From the NCBI GenBank assembly GCA_951406725.2, contig OX597817.1:108190001-108254000 (forward strand): a DNA stretch of 64,000 nt, given 5' to 3'. Every line of letters begins with the position of its first letter. Position 1 is the first letter of the stretch. A model generated the notes under the pieces. It did no database searches. It was not told the origin of the DNA and saw only the letters and a list, made by a program, of their open reading frames with translations. A program made the position numbers and the translations under genes. This document shows, piece after piece, positions 1 to 11,289 of this stretch. Source of the DNA: Octopus vulgaris (Eukaryota).

Positions 1-175
1 ATAGATACATACACACACACATACATGCAGACATACATATACACATAAACCGAGTAAAAAATTACACTGAATCGGCCATACATACATACATACATACACA
101 CATACATACATAGATACATACACACACACATACATAGATACATACACACATAGATACATACATATACACATACAC
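1..175. repeat. Compound (CATA)n/(CA)n microsatellite
   Basis: Directly visible tandem repeats. Confidence 0.85.
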
Positions 176-933
176 CGAGTAAAAAATTTCAGTTATCTCT
201 CTCTTTCACACATTACTCTCTCTGTCTCTTCGCACACACTAACAGAAGCACTTCACTTACACAACATACTGTCTGTCTCCCACACCCCATCAAACACACA
301 CACGGGGACTTCAAAAAGAAATTCCCTCGTCATAAAATCGCTTGTACATGAGAACAATCATAGAAACTGTCGTCAGTTACAAGCGTGTTGACAAACTCAC
401 CATCATTACTGTCACCAATGACCGGTTCCAGTGCCTCTCGGGCCATCACGCATTTAGTTACATTACTGGCCGGCTAACAAAGTGAAATAAGAGTTTCAGA
501 AAGTTTTTTAGCAAGAGAGAACTCAAAATTTAGTCATTAAAAATATGTAATGGTAACTTACGAAATGAGTATTATACGGTAATGCTGTAAAAAAAAAAAA
601 AAAAAAAGGACGCCTTGTGAAAACTTAAAAAATTACGTAAACGAACTTTCAGAGGAAAGAAACAAAACAGTCTTCTAACTGTAGTTTCGTACGCATTCTA
701 CTGTCAGTCCAGAATACCTGCTGCTGCATAATAATAATAATAATAATTATAATTCCACAAGGTATATGTTAAAACTAAACAAATTTATAAACTGCAAGCA
801 ATGAAGAAACACTCAATAGTAACATGGAAGTCCCGATTTTGTTTTTTCTCAACTTTCAGAAAAATGGATATTCTTAAATGAAATTTTCTACAAATATGTT
901 CTAGATAATGTACATTGGAATTTGGGAAAGACT

Positions 934-1344
934 GGATCTTTTCGGTTTGACCGGCAGTTTTTTCTAGCGGTGTCATATGAAATTGTCACCCATAATTATG
1001 ACCCTAGTATCGATCTATTGCATTTCAATCTGTTTTAGGGTTAGGGGTAGGGGGAAGGGTATCTTTTTTTCTTCAGAAATGTAATTAAACCCAATCTGTT
1101 TCTTAAACGAGGGACATATTCATACGGCACAGAATGTTTTCACCTCAATAAACGTCATTGATTGGTTGAAATTGCAGAAATTGAAGAAAAAACAACAACA
1201 AATATCTTACAAACTATAGAATTTTCTCAATAAAGCAAGAGAAAAAGATGTTTTATAAACACATTCTACCAGTATAAGAAGTTTTAAAATGTTTAGTTAC
1301 GTGGAAATTATTTTAAAAAACTGCAGGTCAAACTGAAAAGACCC
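934..1344 (+). mobile_element. About 410-bp MITE, Merlin-like (GG-terminated TIRs, 8-bp TSD)
   Basis: TIR GGATCTTTTCGGTTTGA.CGGCAGTTTTT; TSD gaaagact on both sides; near-identical copies at 11788 and 63024. Confidence 0.8.
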
Positions 1345-1879
1345 GAAAGACTTCCTTTCGTACCCCTCCCCCCTATTTTAAATTTATTTATATACTTTTT
1401 TTACATAAAACCCCGTTTTCGGGTACGGAGATTACGAAACTGAAAAAAATTGGCAAAAGTCGGCATTTCAAAATTTCAATTCCCCGCCCAATTTCTTCAT
1501 TTTTGACTTTTTTCAGAATTTTTTTTTTCTATTTTTTTTTGTGCAAAATATGGGGGGAAAATACGGAGATTTTGATACTGGAAAAAATTTCCCAAAATTT
1601 TTGTAAAATTTCAATTTAAAAAAAAATTACCTTTCGCCTCCCCTCGCACTCTACGACATAAACACGAAGTTTTGAAACCCTTTTTGCCATTGCACATGCG
1701 TTGACTGCTATGCTAAAAGGGAAACTTTGGAAGTGGTGTGATGATGGGTGGGCGACATGGGGGAAAAGGTTTTTGGAATTTTTTTTTTAATAAAATTTCG
1801 GTTTTAAAATGCGGACGGCCCGATTCTGTCGTTCGTTTCTCCTTATGATTTCCAAATAACTTTTTAAATACTTCGAAAT

Positions 1880-2252
1880 CAAGAACCCTAACCCTAACAC
1901 TAAAACTTAACCCTCACCCCCTAAAACCCTAACCCTAAAACCTTAAAGCTAAAACCAGTACAAACGCACGAACGATGTCAAAAATAACAGTGACAAACGA
2001 AAAATACACTGCCGATAGTTGTTGAGAAACAATGGAGGAAATTTTATTCAGCTGAATACACGTCATTGATTGGTTGAAATTACCGAAATACGACAACTTT
2101 AACGTGAAATAACTTCCTAAATATAAGCTTTTCTCAAAAACGCTAAGAGTAAAAAATGTTTTATATGACACATTCTACCAGTGTCCGAAGTTTGAAAGTG
2201 TTAAGTTACAAAAAATTATCTTTTAAATCTGTCGGTCAAAAGGTAAAGATCC
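1880..2252 (+). mobile_element. Right end of a related Merlin-like element with degenerate (CCCTAA)n repeats
   Basis: Ends gtcggtcaaaaggtaaagatcc; shares the cacattctaccag subterminal motif; accctaaccctaa-type repeats at 1885-1945. Confidence 0.55.
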
Positions 2253-2274
2253 CCCCACACATACATACATACAT

Positions 2275-2880
2275 ATGATGGCTGTTCTCCGGTGACCGAG
2301 GAAGACCATCACTGACCATTTCCCATGCTAAATGTCAGCAATGTCTGTGCTTAAGGTTGTTTGCTTCCGCAGTCGGCTCCACCCTGAATCGCGTCCGCGG
2401 CTTTCCTGCTCGCCACGATGCCCTCCTACTCGACCGGGCATCGGAGAGACGCCTCGTCAGTGATTACACAACTTAAAATTTTAGGCTTCATAAGCTTACG
2501 CATTACCTCACAGACCCTCTTCTCTCTACTGACATGATCCAAAGACAAGCCAGAGCAAGATATCCAGTGCCAATACGGGTCGTAGGCTCAGGAAAGTGGA
2601 AGCGCCCTGGCCTCAAGCACAAGAAAAGATCCCCTGCATATCCGGTCTTATTATCAGAGTGATTTTCTCCTAGAGACGTTCCATAACAAAAACTAAGGAG
2701 TGCTTCACTCCCAGTGATTTTCCAGCACGCCGAGCACCAACTCGAAATTTCTGACGGCCCGTGCTATTGCTAGATAATCCTTGAATCTACACTAGGTTCA
2801 TCTTTTTACAGATCTTGTTTTTAGTCCTGCTGAGTTTCAAGCAACCCTCCTCACCAGGCAAGCCTAGGGCGGATGCTGGA
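2275..2880 (-). mobile_element. RTE-type non-autonomous retroelement containing a 28S-rRNA-like segment
   Basis: About 600-bp homology to 16300-16946; microsatellite tail; segment at 2362-2438 resembles 28S rRNA. Confidence 0.65.
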
Positions 2881-3169
2881 TTCCATGTTACAAGTAGAAC
2901 TCATGAGGGACCTCACAATACAATATTCATGCATATATATTCACACACACACACACACAGGCACACACACACACACACACAAACATACGCGCGCACGCGC
3001 ATGTTTTTACCGTTCTGAAAGTTATGCTCACTTTTACATATGTATGTATGCCACTATTTAGTTTTATTTCAAGTTTTCTTACCAATAAAGGAAGTACTGG
3101 TTTCTAACCTAGATCCTAGGCTCCTTCATTGAAATTTCATCAGCATCAACAGAGTATTTTTGTATGTAT

Positions 3170-3830
3170 GTATGTTATGTCAAGTCACTTTCGAGTGCTA
3201 CTGGTGACATGCAACCCAGTACAACCTGTTGCATGGTCGGGTCGTCGGCGACTAAACCGGCAACCCCACCAAGCTTGCATGGTGAGGAGGGTGTTTATTG
3301 GACACCCTGCGGGATGAAAAACAAAACCCGTCAAAGGGCGGAGGAACTCTTGAGAGTCAACGGCCATTCAATAAATGTCTTAAGGATGTATCATGCGCGG
3401 GGACATAGAAATAATCGGACTGAATACCCGATCGCGCGGTTAAACCATTGGGAATGAAGGACTCCTAGCCTTTGTTAGGGCATCCTTCTAGGAGAAGGTA
3501 ACTCAGGTAACTGGAATAACTCTGACATAAAACCTGCAGCTCAGTGGTTACCGATGATGTTGACTTGTTCTTCTTTTCAGATTATGGCTGCTGTTGCTTA
3601 GTGAGTGGGATTGACTCAGTGCACAGACTTTCCTCACTTAAAAAAAAATCTTTTTGCACAGGCATTGCACGATAACAACATTGATTAAGCTTCATGCAAT
3701 GGCCATACTCGATAACGAGGGGGCAGCCACCATGCATGCATGCTTACTTGTATGTATGTATGTATGTATGTATGTATGTATGTATGTATGTATGTATGTA
3801 TGTATGTATGTATGTATGTATGTATGTATG
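3170..3830 (+). mobile_element. RTE-derived non-autonomous retroelement/SINE with (TATG)n tail
   Basis: ggcgactaaaccggcaacccc and ggcatccttctaggagaaggtaactc resemble RTE 5'UTR motifs; ends in a long (TATG)n. Confidence 0.5.
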
Positions 3831-3914
3831 TGTGCATGTATGTTTACGTGCAGATGAGTATGTTTTGTTTTATGTATGTATTATCATGCATATAGTTGCA
3901 TTCTAGACATACTC

Positions 3915-4080
3915 ATATATACCTAAATGATAAACTTCTGGAAAGTTTTACAGATTTTTCAGTTCCAGTGATGGCTTGGATCTGTAATCTTCGAATCAGC
4001 TTTCTCCATTCTGGTTCTGAGAAGCCTGATTTCCCAAGATTGGTATTTAGGCAGTATGTTACATACCCCAGTGCCCCAAT
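3915..4080 (-). mobile_element. 3' end of an RLE-type (R4/NeSL-like) LINE ORF remnant
   Basis: Minus strand reads GALGYVTYCLNTNL...LIRRLQIQAITGT, resembling the GALG...LQ....GT C-terminus of such elements. Confidence 0.45.
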
Positions 4081-4479
4081 GTTTACAGATATGTATGTGT
4101 GTGTGTGTGTGTTTTCAGTTCTTCGTAAGAGGGCTGAAGCCGGGAGCTATCAAAGCGATAAAACCTTTTGAGTCATGAGAGTTCTTGGTGTTTGTAAATA
4201 TGTGGTTACGTTGTTATGTCGGTTGAGCAGTCGATGAACACACCTAAGTGTGTGCATCTATTCACCTAAAGAATTTCAGATGAAGAATCATCAGAATGTC
4301 TTACAAATCTTCTCTGTGCCATTAATAGATTGGATTTGGAGAAACATTTTCCTTTGCCCTTTAATCGAAAAACCTAGTATTTCTATGTGAATCGACCTCA
4401 TTTTATTACATGTATTTAATTTTTCGAAAATCAATACTACCAAGGTCAAAATTTCAATTCAGATTTAAGAACAAAACTA

Positions 4480-5720
4480 GGAGCCAGATCTCGTACTTAC
4501 CTGCGCTACGAAGTAATGCAAGAAACGGAGGTTGTCGGGGATAGATCTACCTCGGTTTGTGCATTTTGTGTGCCTCGAACAAAACTTCTGACGACAAGCG
4601 TGAACTCCTTGGGGAGCATCTATTACAAAATTTTTAACTTTATGTTTTAGGAGAGTTATAAACTTGAAGTTATTTACTAGGACCCATTTGTGTGGGTCCT
4701 TTATTATCACATCATAATTTCTCTACTCGCATAACTGGGAATTGTTCCAATCCCTTATCAGTTGAAGCAAACAACTGCTAAGGTAATGGCAAAAAAGTTG
4801 ATTATTAAGCATAAACTTCATAGGACAGACTGTCCAGTACCGGCCATTTCCCTTACACCCTGTTACTCAACATATTCAAATGCTTCTGCGTCTACTGTCG
4901 GGGTAGGTATCAAATTTCTCTATCTGCCATTCTTCACTCACCGCGAAAAATTCGGCAAACGCCTAATGGAAAAGCACTCATTTTTCTTTTTGTCGAATGG
5001 CATTCACTCGTTGCTATTGGTGAGGGAGAGGGGGCTTTATTGCAGATTCCCTTTCACCAAGGATCATCGAATGTCTTTTGGGTTCCCTTGTTTTAGAGGA
5101 CGTGCCCCAAGACCGTTACACATTCGCATCAAAGAACATCTGAACAAGAAAGCCTCCTCCTTTAAAAAACATCTAGACAGATGTCGGAACACCGACAAAA
5201 GCATAATAGTCACAAGTGAGGCCAATGAAAGAAATTTAGGTAATCTAAGAATTAAGGAGACTATCCTCATAGACAGACTAGAGCCCCAAATTAACAACAG
5301 GCTGGAGGTTGGCGATCAATATATTATTTAGCTACTATGTGTGTAGGTTCATTTTTGATAACATACTCATGTATTATATGCAAAAAAGAAAAAAAGAAAC
5401 TGCACGTATAATACATAACTTAGAAGCAGCGCTGCGGATGTGCCGACACACGCGAGCTTGAGACATGGCCACCCTCACGCACTTCTCATGAGGAATTCCG
5501 GTAGGAGCTTCGTGAGACCACTGCAGAGACGCTTCCGGAAAAAAAGAAATTTCAGTAAATGTTGGAAAACCGATTATAGCAGTGACTCGATCAATTCCTA
5601 GCGATATCTGAAGAAGGAATTTTTGTATTCCGAAATATTATTATCATATCAGACTATGGATAATTAAATTATAACAGTTATTATAGTCCAGTCTGCATTG
5701 TTGTTCCTTCAAGACACGTT
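4480..5720 (+). mobile_element. Penelope-like element remnant: GIY-YIG C-terminus (about 5090-5331, +), inverted RT-like fragment to the left, pLTR with hammerhead to the right
   Basis: GR..RPLHIRIKEH...HL...LRIKETILIDRLEPQINNR is typical of Penelope endonucleases; hammerhead at 5603-5650. Confidence 0.7.
5603..5650 (+). ncRNA. Minimal type I hammerhead ribozyme
   Basis: gatat-CTGAAGA-a-ggaat(ttttgt)attcc-GAAA-tattatta-TC-atatc: stem I gatat/atatc, stem II ggaat/attcc, AUC cleavage triplet. Confidence 0.75.
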
Positions 5721-6074
5721 ATATTTTAAAGACAATACGCAATGCTTCAAGCGAACTTCAATACCCTCCTATTATTAAAACTGCTTTGCATATTTTGAAT
5801 TTCCACTAAAAAAAAAGAAAGAAAGAAAACACATATATAAACTAAAATGAGAGAACATTAACACATTAAAAAGACCGTTTGATCATGTTGAGAAGTCAGT
5901 ATCGTTTATCATACATTACTTTTCGAGAGATTTATAAATATTCAGTTAATTAGTTATATATTTAATTGGTTACAAATTTGATAATTTCCATTAAGTTATT
6001 AAAATTAATTTTTACAGACATGATATATCTGTAAAGACAAAGGAGAGAGGGTGAGAGATAGGAAGAGAGAGAGT

Positions 6075-7100
6075 AGTTGTTCTTCACATGGGATGGAAAG
6101 ACCAAGCACCGTTTGTAAATGACACTTCATTTCTAAATACATGTCGACTGTTTTTTAAGGATCTTTGATGTGATGTGATTCTTGGAAAAGATTTTCAGAA
6201 ATAATATTCTTCTGTTACCGTGATATATCAGAAAAAAAATCGACGTGAGCTCAAGATTTCAAACGTTGAAAGCAATTCGGTATATATTCTGTACAAGTCA
6301 TTGTACATGAGAAAAGATGTGAAAAACTATTGCTACTAAATCCGGAGCGTTCAGTTTCTGTTGATCAAGCGTTCATAACTCAAAATATTCGTCAGTCACT
6401 TTCTGAAGGTATTTCGGTGCCTAGTCTATCTCCCTAGTGTGCGTAGGAAGTGAATGTGATGATTGTAACAAATTATTCCAAACATTGCAAGAAGCGAATG
6501 GGCATTGATTATTCGTCTGCTCTAAACATCTATACCGATTTTGATGCATAAACTTCATGAAACGTTATAATTATGATGAAAAGTTTAGCAAATATATAAT
6601 GTTTCAACTTTTGATCGTAAGAATGCATATAATCAATTACGCATTAGTTATTCTGATAAACTATTTTCCAAGTTAATGTTTGAAGTTAATGGCTGACTAT
6701 CAGTTTACCTGTATATAGTTTGGAATTTCGACTGGTAATGTCAAATTTGGTAAAATTATCTATAGCTCCAAAAAGTCATTAAAATATTCGTGGAACTATA
6801 AAACCTATACTACAATTGCCCTTATCTTCACGCCATCACTATTGATGGTAGAAATCAAGCAGTACAGAAAACGATGCTTGAAAAATTTCAAAAAGCTACA
6901 GAAAAGAGGAAGTTGATTTTTAATGTTATGTCTACAACTTCAACCAATCTTTCCGAGTTGGTAACTTGAAAATAGTCCAACTAAGCTGGATCCTAATTGG
7001 TTGGAACCACTTCTAGAATTACCTCCACCTTCTAGTCATTTAATTTTCCAGTGGTTGCTTGGTATGTTCACTCACTCATTTCACTGTGTTGGTACGGATT
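6075..7100 (+). mobile_element. Degenerate Gypsy/Ty3 pol (reverse transcriptase) remnant
   Basis: Frameshifted fragments KRMGIDYSSALNIYT, STFDRKNAYNQLRI, FEVNG..YQF...FG, KLDPNWLEPLLELPPP...LLGMF match the Gypsy RT motif order. Confidence 0.7.
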
Positions 7101-7399
7101 AATAGTTATAATATTTTCAGCAAAGGAAACATTTCACACAAAAATTGTTTTATAAATTAAGAATTTGCTATACTGATATAACAAAATTAATAATTTTCGT
7201 TTGCTACTGATATTTTCTGCATTTTTTTAACACTATATGTCATAAGAGATCCAACCTCAGAGCGAATACGGCAGTTCATTGGGCTTTCAATAATGTATCT
7301 GCTCTAAGTATGATATACAGAATACTATTTTAAACTAATACTGCTTCCATCGCACATAACGAATGTGTATGTGTTATAAAACCATTATTTTATTAGATC

Positions 7400-7400
7400 T

Positions 7401-7464
<64 letters not shown>

Positions 7465-7603
7465 TATATATATACACATATATATATATACACATATATA
7501 TATATATACACATATATATATATATACACATATATATATATATACACATATATATATATATACACATATATATATATATACACATATATATATATATATA
7601 CAT
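7400..7603. repeat. (TA)n microsatellite with a higher-order (about 16-18 nt) CACA(TA)n unit
   Basis: Directly visible. Confidence 0.9.
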
Positions 7604-7666
7604 ATATTATTAGTGAATTGAAGAAATGGAGTTGAACGAAGATTGAACAGAAATCCTTTTATTGCA

Positions 7667-7746
7667 TTTTACACGTGTTTCGAAAGCCACAATTTACCAA
7701 ATTCCGATTGAATAAGGAGACCATATTGTGTCTTTCTCTTCAGGAA
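7667..7746 (-). ncRNA. Minimal type I hammerhead ribozyme (left arm of palindrome, opposite strand)
   Basis: Mirror copy: ttc-CTGAAGA-gaaagacacaat...attgtggctttc-GAAA-cacgtg-TA-aaa; better stem II, one stem I mismatch. Confidence 0.6.
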
Positions 7747-7864
7747 GAAATAGGAATTCCGTTGGCAGGACAAAAACAGAACAGAGGCGCAGCAAAACAA
7801 ATCGTTCGATTTGTTTTGCTGCGCCTCTGTTCTGTTTTTGTCCTGCCAACGGAATTCCTATTTC

Positions 7865-7944
7865 TTCCTGAAGAGAAAGACACAATATGGTCTCCTTATT
7901 CAATCGGAATTTGGTAAATTGTGGCTGTCGAAACACGTGTAGAA
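7865..7944 (+). ncRNA. Minimal type I hammerhead ribozyme (right arm of palindrome)
   Basis: ttc-CTGAAGA-gaaagacacaat...attgtggctgtc-GAAA-cacgtg-TA-gaa; palindromic stem III; GUA triplet. Confidence 0.7.
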
Positions 7945-8148
7945 TGCAATAAAAGGATTTCTGTTCAAGCTTCGTTCAACTCCATTTCTTCAATTCACTA
8001 ATAATATTAAAATTCAATTATCCGCACCAACGCACGGTTGCAACACCATATGGTTGTACCTCCAACCGTGCTTTCTTCTGCTGTGATTTTTGCTACCAAG
8101 GTATCGGTTAAACTTTTGATTAATCTGCAACAAGATTATTCATCTTTC

Positions 8149-8190
<42 letters not shown>

Positions 8191-8195
8191 TATAT

Positions 8196-9929
8196 TGTTA
8201 CGGTTGGCTAAGTGCATTTCGGGTTTAATTAGTGTAGTGTTTCTGGTGACCCACATAGGAATAATGGTTCCAGTATGTCTGGTGAAAAGTGACGGGTCCT
8301 TTGTCTAGTGGGAGATTAATGAGACCTTTCTGACCTTGTGCGGTCGATTGGAGGTCATTCTGAGCACTCCTTGAAGAAGTGAAAGAGGAAGACAGATTAA
8401 GGGAATCTAAGAACAGATGGAGAGGGTATTGACAGTAAGGGAAAAGGGACGGATGGAGAGGCTAAGAGACAGCAGGCGATATAGATAGAGTAAGGAATCA
8501 GATAGCAAATAGAAAGGCTAAGAGACAGCAGGCGATATAGATAGGATATAAGGACCAGGGCAGTTAGAAAGGGTAAGAGCGATATAGACAGAGGGAGATG
8601 AGGGGAGTGGAAGTCAGGACAAGGAAGTGAGGTTCTGGGCAGTCGTTGAGCGGTCGTCGAAGAACACAGACGGATCTTGCAGTCGCTGGCCGGTCCTCGA
8701 AGAAGACAGACGGACCTTGGATTTAAGGAGCAAGCGTTGGAATTCTTGGGAGCGAGCTGGGATGCGATAGCTTGGCGGCACTGATTGGGATATGTGCAGA
8801 GGGAATATGTACAGAAGGATTTAGCAGTATTCAGAGGAATTAGCAGGATTGAGAGGAATGGGACACTGGCAGATCCAATTAGGAATTAAGGTATGTGATT
8901 TGTGTAAAAGAAAAGAAGAGAAAGAAGAGAGAAAAAGAAGGACTCTGTCGATGTAGTCGATAAAGAACATTGTTGAATTGTAACGTGAATTGTTGTGATA
9001 CGAACATTGTATAATGTATCGAAGTGTTCTGATTGGACTGTGACGTATCGTGAACATTATTTGATCTGGACTTGTTGTGTCGTTACTGAACACTGTTATA
9101 TTGTTACTTGATGTTGTATTATGTATTGAGTAGTCACGTGCATGCTTTGATGTATTTGATGTGTAGCAATTAATTGTCGTATAAACTGTTGTTTGAATAT
9201 AAGCCAGTGTTGCCAGTTGTTGCCTTGCCTCTTTGGGTTGTATCTCGGGTTGTGCCTCTGTATCTCTGTGCTGCTGCGGTTGTGGCAGTATCTATCTGTA
9301 TCTCCTCTCTCCGCCTCTTTGGGTTCCGTGGCGGAACTTGTGTGAGCCGTTCGGGACGGGCGACGACGGCGGGCTATTCCAGTCCGTTTCGCAACAACTG
9401 GTGTCAGAAGTGGGATGCAGGAGTTTGGCAGCGCAGAAGGAATAAGGTATTTAATTGTATTGATTGTGTATTGATATGTGTCACGAGGAAAAGAAGGACT
9501 GTCGATGTGACGCTATCTGTGATGTGTAGAAAAAGAGACTTTAGAGAACTGTGTCTTCGGACGTGTACCTTTGAAATACTGTATATGACTTGTTGCGTCT
9601 CCGGACTGATATATTGTTACATGCATGTTGTTAAATGCTTTGATCTGTGGTATACCCGTATGATGTATTGATTTGTTGTTTCCCTTAAATGCTTTGATGT
9701 ATCTTGATGTTGATTGTAATTGTCGTATAAACTGTTGTTTGAATATAAGCCAGTGTTGCCAGTTGTTGCCTTGCCTCTTTGGGTTGTATCTCGGGTTGTG
9801 CCTCTGTATCTCTGTGCTGTTGAGGTTGTGGCAGTATCTATCTGTATCTCCTCTCTCCGCCTCTTTGGGTTCCGTGGCGGAACTTGTGTGAGCCGTTCGG
9901 GACGGGCGACGACGGGTGATTCCGCAACA
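8196..9929 (+). mobile_element. LTR-retrotransposon derivative: 1.2-kb LTR (8196-9396), PBS, short spacer, partial second LTR ending 9929
   Basis: Starts TGTTACGG; ends ...CGCAACA at both 9396 and 9929; about 200-bp direct repeat (9170-9369 vs 9716-9915); inserted in (TA)n. Confidence 0.8.
9399..9416 (+). other. Primer-binding site complementary to the tRNA-Leu(CAA) 3' end
   Basis: TGGTGTCAGAAGTGGGAT, 2 nt after the LTR-terminal CA. Confidence 0.8.
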
Positions 9930-10914
9930 ATATATATACATATACATATATATACATATATATACACACACATATATATACATACACGCACACACATATA
10001 TATATATATAAATATGGGAGAGAAAGAGAGAGAGAAATACACAGTCATAAATACAAACATAGATATATATACATATGTGTGTGAATGTGATCTGTATATG
10101 TTGTATGCGTGCGTGTGTGTGTGTGTGTATGTGTGTGCGCACCTGTATCTGAATTTGAGAATGCTTGAGTATGTAAAAGTGAGGGTGAAGGAGGACGGTA
10201 GAAAACAAAATACTATTTGTTCATCGCCTACTTTAAACATACTAAGCAATTCTGTTACATGTCACTGTCCTTCTTAAAATACTTGACGGCCCTCTTATCC
10301 TGAGGCAATCACCAAGTGAGATATTTAGGAAAAGGTCAATATTTCATTCAAAATCTACGAGCCTCTAGAAATATCTTTGTAAGAATTCTATACACTTTGG
10401 AAATTGATGGTGATTGTACAAGTGAAGCACGTCACTTCAGCAAAATATAAAATATTACATAAATTAAATCTAGCATTTAATGAGTTGCAAATACTTTACT
10501 TAAGTGATTAAGAAGTGTGATTCATAATCATGAGGTTACGAGTTCGATCTTACCGTGTGCTGTTTTGGGTAAGTGTCTTCTTCTGTAGCTTCGAGTCAAC
10601 TGAAACCTTATAAGTGGATAGATAGAAAGGAAATTGTATTTAATAGTTCAATCCTAACGCATATCGTGCCATGTTGATTCAACCCGAGAATTACGTTAAG
10701 GATACACTTATCTGTGGAAAACCTAGCCACTGAGTCCTTATCTTCACGGAAAGGTAGTCCAGGCGATCGAAGAACTGCCATAATCATCGTCGAAATCGAC
10801 AGAGGACTTATCAATTATCTGAAAAATACTGTTACATAATATAGATAGTAAGTAATTTATCTCCTGCATAAAAACAGTGCTAGTTGCATTAATATTGATT
10901 TTAAATTTTGGCAT

Positions 10915-11270
10915 TTTGGGGGGAGGGGATAAATCGATTATATCGACCCCAGTACTCAATTGGTACTTATTTTATCAACCCCGAAAGGATGAAAGATAAA
11001 GTGGTCCTCGGCAGAATTTGAACTCAGAACATGGAGACGGACGAAATGCCATAAGCATGTCACCCAGCATCTAACGATTCTGCCAGCTCGCCACCTTTCT
11101 ACTTGCATTAATATTAGACTCTCCACCTTTAAGGCGGTGAGCTTGCAGAATGGTTAGCACGCTGGACGAAATGCTTTGCGATATTTCGCCCGTCACTACT
11201 TTCAGAGTTCAGTCAAATTTCGCCGAGGTCGACTTTGCCTTTCATCCTTTCGGAGTCGATAAATTAAGTA
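10915..11270. mobile_element. Head-to-head pair of tRNA-derived SINEs with Meta-like core (10915-11096 minus; 11133-11270 plus)
   Basis: Head ggcggtgagct.gcagaa..gttagcac, core gcctttcatcctttcgg.gtcgataaa; the first copy is flanked by a ttgcattaatatt duplication. Confidence 0.75.
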
Positions 11271-11289
11271 AGTAGTGAAAATCGTGGAG

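Larger units (their letters stand above)
7604..8007. repeat. 404-bp palindrome (201-bp arms, 2-nt TT spacer, 3 mismatches counted); probable inverted Penelope pLTR
   Basis: Centre atcg-tt-cgat at 7801-7810; the mirror ORFs 7675..7917(+) and 7694..7936(-) are nearly identical. Confidence 0.95.

Noticed and set aside
1400-1620. Homopolymer-rich stretch suspected to be sequencing noise
   Set aside because: It is the reverse-complement homolog of about 56770-56970, so an unclassified repeat; family not assignable.
1885-1945. True telomere or chromosome-fusion relic
   Set aside because: Short, degenerate and internal to a transposon end.
3085-3145. Minus-strand hairpin followed by GAAA, and a similar motif at 21090-21150
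   Set aside because: The CUGANGA core is not correctly placed, so a ribozyme cannot be supported.
3654-3906. YVCM/IYIY/HTHT-type ORFs here and throughout the track
   Set aside because: Translations of simple repeats.
7675-7936. Two near-identical 80-aa ORFs on opposite strands
   Set aside because: Automatic consequence of the palindrome; non-ATG starts and no recognisable protein features.
8459-8720. CRISPR-like repeat-spacer pattern
   Set aside because: Only two copies of each unit, inside a eukaryotic LTR.
9174-10277. Overlapping 165-231-aa ORFs
   Set aside because: They run through LTR duplicates and microsatellites; no gag/pol motifs.
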